Below are positions 48,541 through 62,159 of a stretch of DNA of 64,000 nucleotides, piece by piece (position 1 is the first letter of the stretch; the number at the start of each line of letters is the position of its first letter). A program made the position numbers and the translations under genes. Location: NCBI GenBank assembly GCA_010909165.1, contig MU008206.1, positions 1-64,000 on the forward strand, written 5' to 3'. Under the pieces are notes generated by a model. The model did not search any database. It was not told the origin of the DNA and was given only the letters and a program-made list of their open reading frames with translations. This stretch comes from Anthoceros angustus (taxonomy: Eukaryota > Plantae > Anthocerotophyta).

Positions 48541-51500
48541 TACAGTATCCCGATGTGGGTGGATTTCCGCATCACAGCGCACACTTGACTCGATCGAGGT
48601 AGCCATAGAACCTCTCAACATAATCAAACAAGGACTCCCTCTTCTTCCTACGGAGAGTTCTCACCTGTGGTGGCGTGAATCGAGACCACAAATCGATCTT
48701 AAAGGCGCCTTCAAGAATCCCAATCTACAGCATTCTTGCTCAGAAGTTCGACCAGCATCACAAGCATGCCCCTCGCAATCTAGGAAAGACGCGGTCGATC
48801 GGCGACCGTATCCTCCCATTAGCATGAGAACATGCTCAAAAGTGCGCGCACAAACTTCCGGCTGCCGCTCTCTTTTCCCCAAACTGATGAATCTGGCGGG
48901 GTTGTGGCAAGCCCCTCCTACTCCGATTCCACTCCATGATCCCTAGTCCAGATGAGTCGACGATTTGCGCCTCCTCTTGCTGCAGTAAGTTGTCCAACCA
49001 AAGTTCTCTGAGCGGGTGTCTTGCACAAAAATTGAGCATGTGGATGGCGTTTTCCCAGGCTCGTCCCAAGATGGTGAGCTGGGCGTGATTCTATCAAGGC
49101 GCTCCAAGATCCTCGTACCAGCCCGTGAATTTCTCCACCGCTTTCACCCTTCCTTCTTACCGCTTGTTTCGCTAGAGGTTGAGCTAGACCCATCATCTCT
49201 GAAGGTCCAGCGTTGAGGAGGCCCAGTGCTGGTAGCTGAACTTGAATCGCGCTCCAGAAATGGTGCTTCCTCCTCGCTTTCCTCTTCACACACTAACTCC
49301 TCTTCAACCACCTCCTTTACTTCGCTGTCGGTGGTTTCGACGTCCCCTTCCCCAGAAGCGTTTTCTGCTGGATCACTTGGCTCCCCCTTGTAGGCAAGGG
49401 CAAAAACGGCCTCCTCCTCAAGCGCCCTTAGCTCTTCCTCCTCCTGGAGCTGCAACCACTGCTATGCGTTTTCCTCCCTCCATTGATTTAGATCTCTTGC
49501 GAATGTGGGGGTGACCTCCTATGGTTTTCTCCTCTCCCCTCCCTCCGCTAGACATCTGCAAGCATCCTCATAGCCTCAAAACACGGTTGTTAGAAGAAAT
49601 CAGCCAACTCCTACCTGAGCTAGGAAGAAGGAGGAAAAAGAAGGAGTCATAAGAAGAGGAAGGGGTCCAGAGGTCTAGCTCTTCTTCTTCTTCTTCCTCT
49701 TCCAGCTCGTCCCCATCTTCTTCTTCGCAAGTGAGGAGAGTGGTACCCAGAGCTCCACGTCGGATGAAGAATCCGAGAAAGCCTATGAACGAATGAGGAA
49801 GGACTTGGAGAAGGTTAAGAAGAGGCGGGAGGAAGCCGAACGTGCTGAGAAGGAGAGGAAAGGGAAGACGGTTCGACGATGGAGAAGGAGAGACGCCCAC
49901 CGCAGGAGGAGGGATTGCAAGTGGAGGCTTTGACAAAAGATTGATGAATTGGAGGTCAAGGCTGTGAAGAATCAAGCTCCACGAGGTCACCCTCACCGCA
50001 AGACTTGTTGGTATGCTCAATCTTCTCCTTGGCTCAAGAAACTTGGCCATCGAAAATCCCCACCCCCTTTTCCAATTTTTGCCTCCGCCTTCCAATAGGT
50101 CCATTCGCAATGAATTGCAATCCATCTATCTCTCATACACCTAGTCTCCTCTCTTTGGATCCTTACCCACTAAACTCCACACTAACAAACAATTTTTTCG
50201 TATCCTCTCCAAGTCTGGGAGACCCTTGCTTTCACTCTATCTCCGCAACCATGTGTCTTTCAACCTTAGGATGATTATAGGTCATTTTCGTGTGGGGTCT
50301 CATCGTCTCAGGATTGAGACTTATAGATGGCTGCATCTCAAGCCACCTAGGGAGACTAGAATATGCAGTAGGGAAGTTGAGACAGAGGAACACTTTGTTT
50401 TCGTCTACCCTATCTACGAGGATATCGGGAATTCTTTTGCCAACTTATTCATACCAGCTCATCTGCTAACCGGATTGCTCCAGCCAATGTCTTAGTCCCT
50501 CGCCTGCAGTGTACCTCCATCTTTCGAGATAGTCCACTCACAAACCAGTCCAACGCTTGCTCTTGAGTATCACGATGTGGGTGGATTTCCGAACATCACA
50601 GCACACTTGACTTTCGATCGGTAGCCATAGAACCTCTCAACATAATCAAACAAGGACTCCCTTTTCTTCCTACGAAGAATTCTCAATTTTGCCGGTGTGG
50701 TGGCGTGGCGAGACCCGAAATCGATTGAGCGGCCTTCAAAGAATCCCAATCTACAGGCGCACTTGCCCCGTAAGTTCGACTGTACCACTGCTGGGCATGC
50801 CCCCTCAGCAATCCAGGAAAGATGCGCAGTCGATCGGCGACCGTATCCTCCAGATTAGCATGAGAAACATGCTCAAAAGTGCGCACAAACGCCTCTGCGT
50901 CGTCGCCCTTTCTCTTTTCCCCAAACTTGACATACTGCTGGCGACTGTGGGGTTGTGGCAAGCCCCCTCCTACTCCGATTCCACTCGATCCCTAGTCCAG
51001 TGATGGGCTCGACGTGCGCCCCTCCTCTTCGGGTAAGTTGTCCAACCAAAGTTCTCTGGAAGGGTGTCTTGCACAAAAATTTGAGCACTGCTGTGGGATG
51101 GCGTTTCCCCTAGGCGTTCGTCCCAAGATGGTGAGCTGGGCAGTGATTCTATCAAGGCGCTCCATAAGATCCTCGAACCCTGAATTTCTCCGCTCACCCT
51201 TCCTTCTTCTTTTGTTTCGCTAGAGGTTGAGCTAGACCATCATCTCTCTGAAGGTCCGCGTTGAGGAGGCCCGGTCTGGTAGCTGAACTTGAATCGCGCT
51301 CCAGTGGTGCTTCCTCCTCGCTTTCCTCTTCACACACTAACTCCTCTTCAACCACCTCCTTTACTTCGCTGTCGGTGGTTTCGACGTCCCCTTCCCCAGA
51401 AGCGTTTTCTGCTGGATCACTTGGCTCCCCCTTGTAGGCAAGGGCAAAAACGGCCTCCTCCTCAAGCGCCCTTAGCTCTTCCTCCTCCTGGAGCCGCCGT

Positions 51501-52100
51501 GCAACCACCGTTGCGTTTTCCTCCCTCCATTGATTTAGATCTCTTGCAGTAACAGGTGGGGGTGACCTCCTATGGTTTTCTCCTCTCCCCCTCCCTCTGC
51601 TAGACATCTGCAAGCATCCTCATAGCCTCCAAAACACGGTTGTTAAAGAAAAATCAGCCAACTCCTCGGCTGAGCTAGGAAGAAGGAGGAAAAAGAAACG
51701 GAGTCATAAGAAGAGGAAGGGGTCCACGAGGTCTAGCTCTTCTTCTTCTTCTTCCTCTTCCAGCTCGTCCCCATCTTCTTCTTCTGCAAGTGAGGAGAGT
51801 GGTACCCAGGAGAGCTCCACGTCGGATGAAGAATCCGAGAAAGCCTATGAACGACGTATGAGGAAGGACTTGGAGAAGGTTAAGAAGAGGCAGGAGGAAG
51901 CTGAACGTGTGCTAGAGAAGGAGAGGAAAGGGAAGACGGTTTGACCGATGGAGAAGGGGGAGACGTCCACCGCAGGAGGAGGGATTGCAGGGCAAGTGGA
52001 GGCTTTGACAAAAAGATTGACAGAATTGGAGGTCAAGGCTGTGAAAAATCAAGCTCCACAGAGATCACCCTCACCTGCAAGACAGTTGGTGTATTGCTCA
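47979..52100. repeat. ~2.0-2.1-kb tandem duplication
   Basis: ~47979-49997 is near-identical to ~49998-52100. Copy 1 carries more small deletions. Junction motif gcaagacttgttggtatgctcaat. Confidence 0.9.
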
Positions 52101-55100
52101 ATTTGTCATCAAACAGAACACACCAACCGGGAATGTATCCGAGCACCGCGGCATGCTGTGAATCACGTGGAATCTATCATGCCTGGTGATTATTGGTACA
52201 TGGATGAGGCTTACCAAGTGCAGTACATCGGAAGTCGCCCGCCTCAATCGATGAGGGCGACTTACCAACCCGCAAAGACCGTCGTGAGGTATGGGTCACG
52301 GCCTACCTCACCGGGACCATGGAGACCGGAGCTGCCAAAGGCCAATGGCAATTCCACCTGCTGCTACAAGGGACACCTGGTCATTATTCAATGAATGCTA
52401 ACCTCGGAAACAAATGGGTTATGTACCTTTTGTCAAGTATGCAAGGAGTTGGGGCACAAGGTTGGCGACCCAAGGTGTTCGGGGAGTAGCAAGGTAGCCT
52501 CAAGACGCCTGTGGGTGAGGTTCACAGAGCTGCAGGCGGAAGGAACGCCAACCCAAAACCGCAATCACGGTGACCACAACGCTTTGAAGGTGGAAGAATT
52601 CGATTTTCTTGATGAATCCAGCGTGTATTCGTGGATTGTAGAAGAAGGGTATGAAGGAGAGATGAGTGCAAGGGCTGTTGGTGGCCAAAGTTACCATCCG
52701 AGCGCCGAGAAAAGACCAAAATCCGAAAGCGCCGTGAACGAGAGGAACGGAAGAAAAGGAAGGTGAGGGACGACTCACCTTGGCCTCCAGAGACTCGTGG
52801 GGGTCGGAATTTGGTAGAGGAGGAGGAAAATGAAGAGGTCCATAAGACGCCTACCGGGGAGATGCCCTACTGGTAGGAGGAACGCCACGTAGGAGGCGAA
52901 CCTACCATGGTAGGAGGGGAGGGGAGTGACCCACCCACAAGCGGAAGAGGGGGAGGAAGGGTGTTTCCACATCGAAGGAAGTGGAAAATGTTGGAGGATG
53001 AGCTAAGGAGGCTCACCCAACATGCGAAGATGGAAGAAGAGGCGTGAGCTGAAATTGACAATCGATCATGGAGTCCACAAAGGACCAAGAGTGAGGAGTT
53101 TACCAATAAGGTCGAGCCGACCAAAGATCGTGGCTGCAAACGGGAGGAAACATTGATAAGATCTCCGCCACGATGCATTGCTTGACCGAGAATTTGTGGT
53201 CACTTGAGACAATTGCTTGCGGTGAGTCCAAGATCCCGAAAATTGTGAAGGAAGCGATTAGGGGATCCGAACCCATGGGGACGAAGGAGGCCGGTGGAGG
53301 TAAATGTGGTTGAACTTGTTGATTTGGGAGCGAGATTGAAATTGAGATTGCAGCTTGGTGCCTAATGTGCCATTAGATTCGGGTTCGAGTCAACTTGATG
53401 ATGAGGAGAGACATCATCGCCTTGGTTTCACCAAGTTTAACCCATCCGAAAGTGTTCTTGAGGATGGCGATCAAACAAGGAGGAAACCTTTGGGGTGTTG
53501 AGAATGTGCCAACCGTGATTGGTGGTCTCACATTCCATCTTACCTACATTGTCATGAGGCCGGATCTAGGCTACAAGGTTTTGATAGGCGTGCCTTGGTT
53601 GTATGGTACCGCTTGTGTCTTTGATTTGGCCCAGCTGCATTACATTTAAGTCATGTAGGGTAGGGCCCGCCGAGGTCGCTTTGTGTCATGGAGCAAGGCA
53701 CCCTATGAAGGGAGTCCGCCTGGCCCGATGGGTACACCTCGGTAGTACGGGGTGAGCTCTTGGACCGAGCTACGAGGACCCCGCTTGAGGTGGCGAATAA
53801 AATCGAGTTGGTGTACACCGCCACAAGTAGATGGTGTCAAGAGGAGGAGCCGAGGACGAGGCAGAGAAGGAGTAGCTCGGAAGGGTAGAGCCTATGATCG
53901 CGATTTCCCGACGAAGGATCGGAATAGTGTAGCAACCGGAAGGGACTTATGAGATCCGAAGAGGACTTGGAGCTAGAACCCGAAGGTGGTCAAGATCTCC
54001 GTGCATCTAGGAGTGGTAGAAAAGAAGAATTTCGTAGGGTCCTTAGAGAATATGTCGATGTGTTTGCCTTCAAGATTACCGACATGACAGAATTCGGAAG
54101 AATTGGGGATACATCAATCGATTTGAAGGAGGGCAAGACTGTAAGGATCAAGCAATGTTGAATCCCAAGTATTCTATGGTCGCCAAGGATCACCGGACCA
54201 ATACTTGGAAGGTGATTTATCCTGCCAAAGGAGTGGGTCGCCCCATTGTAATTGTACCTAAGAAGCAACAGGGAAGGTGTGTCGTGATTTCGTGAAGCTT
54301 AATGAAGCAACGAAAAGGACCACCACCTTGCCTTTCATGGACAGCTTTGGACACGGTGGCCATGAAATGTAGCTAGATGGGTACTGTTACCGATTGGAGG
54401 AGGAGGAAGACCACGCTCACAACCGACAGCACTTACGCTTATTCCAAGCTACCTCGCAACGCCTCGCCACTTTTCGCGTGTGGTGAATGCTATCTTCCGA
54501 GATTTTCCGGAAGTTCATGGAGGTATTTCGGATGATTTTTATGTTTGGTGAGGAAGGCACCTAGCACCTAAGACAATGTTTTTTAAGTGCAGGAGTCCAA
54601 CATGAAGCTTCATCCAGGAAGTGTTATTTTGGCATGACGAAGGTATTTTGTTGGCACATCGAAGTTTCGAAGAGGATTGCGGTAGATAAGAGAAGGTGGA
54701 GAAGATGATGGACCCCAAACGGTGAGGCGTGCCTTTGTAGGACCGGTAGGATATTACAGAGGTTCATCAAGGATTTTGCTAAGAAGGCGCCTTGGACCCC
54801 AATTGACCAAGAAGGATACACCTTTCGAATGGACTACGCAAGACAGAGGTTTTCGCACCAAGGACAGCCGTGAGCGCACCACGTTACAGCCGCAGATTGG
54901 GAGAAACCGCTTCATGTATACGTGGATGTCCGCTATGCCATTGGGACCATCTTAAGCCGTAAGGACGAGAAGAAACGGACCATCCGATTTTCTATGCTTG
55001 TGAGACTTACCGGATGAGAAGAACTACTCAACCACGAGGCGGGAGGGTCTTGGTATCATTTACTCCCTGTAAGAAGTTTAGACACTATCCGCTTGCTTGT

Positions 55101-55220
55101 GTGTGCTTGACGTCATGTTGACCATTTTGCGCTGAAGTACCTTGTAAACAAGCGATTTGTCGGGAAGGATTGCCAGTGGGTACTCTTTTGCTGCACAAGA
55201 GTTTGATTATGGCGTAGAAA
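50560..55220 (+). mobile_element. Degenerate Ty3/Gypsy gag-pol (5' gag inverted; no integrase visible)
   Basis: Minus-strand gag N-half (DAEAFVRTFE..LRGHAQQWY..WDSLKAA). Plus strand: CSICHQTEH...C knuckle, LDSGS protease motif, YVDVFAF pre-RT segment, RT remnants, RNase H EKNYST..KKFRHY..DHFALKYL..QEFDY. Confidence 0.85.
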
Positions 55221-55848
55221 CTAGAACAGGTTGTGGAAGATCTTTGATTTCATTTCGTCTGAACCGGAGACCCAAGCCAGATGACCGATTGACAAGGAGT
55301 TGGTTGCCACGGCCTTGGTCGAAGGGGAGGACGTGAGCATGTTGTGACGTCAGCCTAAGCATTGATCGCAAGCCTTCTTTGTGAAGGTCAAATGAGCAAG
55401 AAGGAGCGTTGTGCAAGAAAGAACAAAGTCCGCGCAATATCGGTATTCTTAAAAGCCTCTTTTGCGCCATGAGGTTACCCCTTTCTCATATCTTTCAAAA
55501 CACGTGTTTTTAAAAGAGATGTGCCAATAAGCGAGTTCCACTTAGAATAATGTGCTAAAATAGAGGTTTTTTCCATGTATGCACACTTTTGTTTCAAGCA
55601 TCGCCTACGTCCGTGCACCTTCGAACATATACGGCGGAAGGGCAAGTGCAGGCACTATGGGTCCAAAAAGGTAGTATGCATTCAAATCAAATTCAGGCGT
55701 TTTCCACAAAGAGTCAAAACGGAATTATACCTGTTGGACGAGCCCAGACTGCCTATAAGTCACAGCTGCCCAAAGGGTCATCTACTTCAACCAAATTGAG
55801 CTCCGAATCTGGCACCGTTTCTACATTTTCCAAAGCCTGCCTTTCCGT

Positions 55849-58800
55849 CCCTACTAGAAATGGGCACCCTATGTTACACTTTATGTTAAGGTTTGGACCC
55901 CTGGATGTAACACTCATGTTACAATTTTGGGGTCATGTAACACTCTTTGGGCCCCTTGTTACACTTTGGCTTGGAAACCATACCACGGCTGTTGTTGCAA
56001 TCATGTTGCAATGGTGTTGCAATTATGTTAAGATGAAGTGAGAGGTGGTTTTGCCCTCTCTCAAAATTGCAACATGATTGCAACATCTAAAGTGTTACAA
56101 GAGAGGTCTTGTAACACTTTTGGAGGCTTGTAAACCTCCTCCCCATCCACCATTGCCCTTTTACTTTTGCCCTTTGAAATACCACGTTTTACTTGGTAGT
56201 TACCACCGTCGCCCTTCAATACGACCATATACAAATACATGTCAATACATCCTTGTACTATACGCATGTTGTCTACGGTGATAAATGTACTATATTATTC
56301 TAAGTGCTATACGGGCGTATTCAATTTCATATAAAATAAGTTTGTATATTACGCGTATTACATACGTACACTGGTCTGTACATATTCATGATACGATACT
56401 TTGTATTTACTATACGTGTAAATAGCGACGCCCTTTATACTCCTACTTTATAGCATCTTTGCGGTTTGTCCTTCCACGTCAACAATAGCCATCGCTTCGC
56501 CATAAAAGAAGATATTGTCCCCACCTATCACCTTATGTGACGCATCACTGAGGTTATGCCCCTGATTGTCTTTGTGCGGAGGAGATTTGGTATCGCTGCT
56601 TATGCTTTTACGCCTCCATGTAAGGCACTTCCTACTCGTCATATGCACTCGAAACTTCCGCCCCTCCCGTTCGATTCAATTTTCTTCTTCCCCTCCACTT
56701 GCGTTTGGCGAGGCAAGCTTTGCCACTTCCTCCGCTTCCCCTCGCCTTCTGCGGCACACACATACAAACCAGCATGGCCGTCATGAGTTATCCAGTTAAT
56801 GGGTTTCCACACAGGTCCATTTGCCTTACCTTCCCTCCGTCCCTCCTCTTTTCTTACGCCCTTCTTGCTGGACATTTTCCTCTTCCGTCCTCCTTCTTCC
56901 GGTGCAGCCGTGCCCTTGTCACTTGCCCACCGCCTGCCTCCTCTACTCCTCCTCCGTTTTCCTCTTCGGCCTCCACCCTTTATCACAGGTGGCGTTGCCT
57001 CAAGGGCTCCACTATGTCCATGCTCTCGGCATCCGAGGCTGCAAGGTATGTGTCAGAAATTAGGCACATCGTCCTCTTGACCACCTCCTCCTGCGTCCAT
57101 GTTCTCTGCAGCGTCCCCGTCCACGTCCCCGGCCTCCATCATTGGCCTTTGGATATCAAGCACTGCATGTTGCCCTCTTAGTCCTCCTTCATTCTCTCCC
57201 TCGACATCGCCTCATGTTCGTTCTGGCCTTTTGCCTGCCCACCATGGGCTTCTGGGTGATCCTCATCGTCCTCCACCCGCTCCTCCTAGTCCCCTGCGAT
57301 TTTTGGCTGTCCATAGTGCACACAAGTGTGTTTCTTCACAGTGGTTGATTGCCCCCTCCGTGCTCCACCACCCGACTCCGCCTCCACACACCTTGTTCCA
57401 CCCTCCATCGGCGTCGTCCTCCATCGATCCCAACGGCCTCCACCCTCCCCATACATGGCCGTCACACAGCGGTCTGCACCCTCCACCTCTTTTCCATTAT
57501 TTGCTTGCTGCCCACAGCCCTCGTTGCCCCCTCCATTGACCCCAATCCGGGCATGGCTTCCACCAACCCTAGGCGATCGTGGTGTCGCGGCACCACAATA
57601 TCCCTGCCACCTCGGTTCCCCTCCGCTGCCTCCCTCGCATGCTTCCTCAAGAGCGCCTCCCGTCTCCACTTCGCTCCTTGTTCATCACCTTTCCCCATTC
57701 AAAGTCCCCGTTGTCCCTCGCCCCTCGGCCTCCTTCCTCCCAAGCCCCTTCCGCGCCATCGCATTCCTTGATAGCCTCTCGTCCATGTCACCACCTCGTG
57801 CACCATCGTTGCCTCCACCCCTTCCTTCCGTCGTCTCGGCCACCATATCGATCCATCTTCAATTCAATGTCGTTAAGCAAAATGGTCATTTCCTTGTTCT
57901 CCTTGCAATAGCCTTTGAACCTCTAGGATCTTTTCATACACTCCCTATCTTAAAGGAACTCGGGCACAGAACCCCACTATCGCCTTTCACGATTTCCACC
58001 CTTTCCCTTCTAGCAATCCCACACCGTCCTCGAAGGTTGCCTCCCTTGTCTCAAGCTTGAATGCCCGGCATGCCGGTGCACATGTGTTACCGTTTGTCCA
58101 CCATGCCCACTCCGGCGCAAACTTGAGCGTGTGCACACTTTGCCAGCGTCACTTGCCGTTAACGCAGTCGAAACCCACCTCATCCAGCGAAATAGCTCTT
58201 CATCTATTTCCTTCACTTCACGCAGTGCTCCAACTCGCATCCGTCGGTGGGAGGTTCCACGTCTCAAAGTCGTCAAAATCAAGTTTGGGCTCGGCCATGT
58301 TGCCCGCCTCTTACCTCTCCGGTCTTGACGAGGCCGCTTCTTCACATCGCCGATGTCGAATGGAGACCCGGGGTGCGGTGGATGAGCGAGATAGGAGGCC
58401 ATTTGGCCCCTCATCCTCCCCACCCGGATCTGCAGCCTCGGCGGCCGTCCGGCTATGGTGTTCGCGGCGCGCCCGTGCGTGACTCCTAGCAAGCTTCACC
58501 TCGCCATACTCCCATCCTGGCGGTTGTCCACCACCTTCGTGCCATCTTTGAGGCAATGGCTTCCTCTCGGTGAAAGGTGCGGGCCATGAGTCCCGGCCGA
58601 ATTCAAGGCTGCTATTTTGAAAAAGCTTTGTTTGCAAAGGCCCGGTTGTCATTTACTCCTCTTGGCGGACGCGCATTTGCACATGCTACTTGCCCATAAT
58701 CAACAATTTTCGACCACAACCTTGCGGACTTGGGAGCAAGTTTCATGTCCCATTGGTTATCTGTCGTTACTCATGATGTATTATATTGCCCACATGGCGC

Positions 58801-61800
58801 ACTCTCAATCGCCCATTCGCATTTTACCATTAATCATCGTCTTCCACGACCAAAGATTGCCTTGTGCATCCGGGAGGAGGAGACAATAGACTATCTGCAA
58901 ACCAATCACCATACATGATTTATTCCACTTTCAGCCGCGCGTGACTCGAGTAGCGTGCACAAGGGTGACTTGTCATCGGTCAGCGGTATGGGCACCAAAC
59001 CATACCCATCCATTCCGCCAACAAGACAGTCATCGAGTTTTATTGCGTGACGGCATGGGAAGTACAAGTAGTGATCAAGGATGAAGGACTTTCCCATCCC
59101 AATGTTTAATTACGGTGGCATATGTCCCCACATTGTGAGGTATAAACCGTCCTGCTCACGGCACTGCATGCCCGGAGGCGGCAGAGCCAAGGGACGGCCC
59201 TCCATACCAGTCCTTGATGGCCGGCGAGGAGAGCAACCTCCATCCATCATCCTCGATGGCCATCGTCATTGACAGTGCAGCCCTTGTCCTTAATGGCCAT
59301 CGTCGGTTTCCACCACGCAACAATAATGTGCACACACTTACGCAATGATCCACAAAGCACACTCGGTGAGGCGGCGGTTTTGACTTATCACGGATTCCAC
59401 AAACACTTTAGCTGCAGGCATGGACTTGTAGGTAGGCGAATAGGGCCAAAAAGTGTTCACATCCGGCGCCTCACTGAACCCCCGCCATACCGTGTGTGGT
59501 CACCGACACCATGCCCGCACCATGTGGAAGGAACCACCTCGCCACCCGCAGCAAGTCCCCACGAGGATAGCCACGATAGCTCTGCTCCACGCCATGAGGC
59601 GGTGACACCGCCTCCAACCTTTGCAAAGGATCCTTGATGGCCATCAGATTTCTAGTTGTGCACACGAAGATGGAGACATGAACACACGCCTCGTGGTGCG
59701 AACTACCACTCCACGCCCATTTAGGTTTCCGACGGAAGCTAGCTCCGGCATACGTCAACATGTCCGTCATACATGGCATAAGGTAGCAGGAGGCGCCCGA
59801 GGGGCATGTTTCACGAAGAGCTCGCGCAGCGAGGATGACCAAGAGAAAGGTAGTAGCGTGAAGCGAGGGGCAAGGTGGTGACATTTAAAGCGGACCACCA
59901 CCTTCTGACCTCTTGTGCCCCGCCACATCGGGTTGCGGATGAGAGGATCTTGAATTTCAACTGTTCCTTACATGTGACAAACCAAACATGGCGAGCTTTG
60001 ATGGTGCCGTCGATATGATGGCGGTTCTTTGGTAAATGCAATGAGTGTGAAGCTGGCGCGCCATAAAGGAGCCGGAATCACAGTTTGTTTTCATGTCTCT
60101 AAAATTTTAAAATCGCTGCGCGGTGCGGCCATATAGTAGTCAGGCCGTCACCTAGCATGGTGCGGATGGCGTGAATACATTATCGTTACGCCATGTGGCG
60201 CATGATTGCATTTAGTTTGCGAATGGCTCTCACGTACACCCACCGTCCTTGCACAATGGTGTAGATGTTGATATAGATTATTACCGAAACAATGGGAGTG
60301 TCATCGATTCAAAGCGACCTTCGAGACGTGGCATGTTTTCTTCCATGCCATGAGTTTTCAATTATTCTAATGGCTTGCACCCACCTTCCTTGGACCATGG
60401 TGGAGGGAGAATTTTATTTGAGAGAAAGGAACCATTGTCCTTGGTTCATGGCGGGTTGTAAGATGGCCATGACCTTGTCATGGCATGGCACTTCCTTGGT
60501 CATCGGCCACTCGAAATCGCATTGCAAACACTTGTCCTTGGGTCACGAAATGGTCATAAAAGCGGGGACTATATATGGCATGCATGGAGGAATGGCATAC
60601 GTGGACAAGGAAGGTTTCGTGTTTGTGCACGTGCACAAACATGAAGTAGAGGAAGGTGGCATGGCAAGGCAAGGAGCCAGCATGGCATGCCACGTAGTCC
60701 CCTTCTTGGATGGAAGCACGAAGGATGGTCCTAGCGGCAAGTGAGGTGGGCACGTGGAGAATGCGGATTCAATGAAGTGGAGGGTGGATGATCATCGCGT
60801 GAGCGGGAGGCGGCGAGAGAGGTGTCGGGTCTTTGGAGGAGCAACTAGCGGTGGAGTCTCGCCAAAGAGGAGGACGATCTTGAGAAAGCGGCCGAGGGAG
60901 TGGGTGTCTCTAATAGGTGGGAGCTAACTGGGCTGCTGCGAGAGAATCCAAAACTTTCGGAGGAGGAATCGCCGGGCCGTGACATCGGAGGAGGAGGAAT
61001 TTGGCGTGAGTCAGAGAAAGAGGGTGGTGATCGGGAGGAGCATGGTGGTGCCCCGAGGCCGACCGTGTGGTGGCGAGAGAGGCCATTGGTCTTGTGGACC
61101 TTCATTGGGTGGCGATGGATAACCCCAACAACGTGGGAGGAGGATGCACTGTGGAGGAGGCTGCCACAGGAGTGGGCAGTCTCTGGAGGAGGCGGTTGCG
61201 GAGGCGGCCAAGGCAGCGTGCATATGATGGTCGGGAGGCGGTGAGGAGAAGGACACGGTGGCGGCAATGATGGGGAAAGCGCAAGCGAGGCGGATGTGGA
61301 GATGGCGGATGATGAGGTGGAGGCGACATCACAAACTACATTGCCACTACACGAAATTGTGTTACATACTCCGGTGCTCGGAGGCGGATCGAGCAACGAA
61401 GACGCACTTTACAAGCTTTGCCAACGAGTCATGGGCGCATGAACCTTGGCCTCGTCGCATGGCAAGAATAAAACGGGCTGCCGCCTTCTCCCGTTAGCCA
61501 TACCAGTAGGTCGCCCTGTTGTCAAGCATGTGGATAGATAGATAGCCTTTCGCTTTCGTGGGCGACACCGACAAACGGATTCTGGGCGAGGAGGTGCATT
61601 GATCCGGAGTCCATGTGTGAAGGGAGGTCCTTCTCACGGTCATGAAGGAGGAGGAGAAGTGAAAGAGTATAAAAGGTGTGATAAGGGGGCAATAAATAGG
61701 AGGGTGAGGTGAGAGGAGAGAGACCAAGTATTGTGTTAAGATGGGTGAGAAGGTGGATAAGAAAAGGACACCTTGAACACCAAGCCACCATAAAGTGTTG

Positions 61801-62159
61801 CAATTTTGAAGTGGTACATGAAGTGAGAGACCAAGCATTGTGTTAGGATGGTGGGAGAAGGAAGAGAAAAAATGGACCAACTTAACACCAAGCCATCAAA
61901 ACATGTTTAAGTTGGAAGTGTTACATAAAATTGCAACATATGGCGGGTGGGAAATTATTAATAATGCTTGTGAGAGAGGGGGTGTACCCAGAAGGGTGAG
62001 GTGGGAAGAGAGAGTGCCAGGTTTGTGTTAAGATGGCCGCACCAAACGGGGACAGAACTAACAAACTTAATACCAAGCCTCCAAAACATGTTGCAATGTG
62101 GAAGTGTAACAAAAAATTGCAACATCGACTGTAACATGGGGTGCCCTTTTCTAGTAGGG
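55849..62159. mobile_element. CACTA/EnSpm-like DNA transposon with CCCTA termini and 3-bp TSD (CGT)
   Basis: Left TIR ccctactagaaatgggcaccctatgttaca versus right TIR (reverse complement) ccctactagaaaagggcaccccatgttaca, 28/30 identical. cgt flanks at 55846-55848 and 62160-62162. Dense tgttaca/ttgcaaca subterminal repeats. No intact transposase recognised. Confidence 0.85.

Noticed and set aside
60000-60760. DGMDQ-type transposase inside the CCCTA element (ADDQGSAMP)
   Set aside because: The resemblance is weak, needs several frameshifts, and is better explained by the VQGRW peptide repeat.
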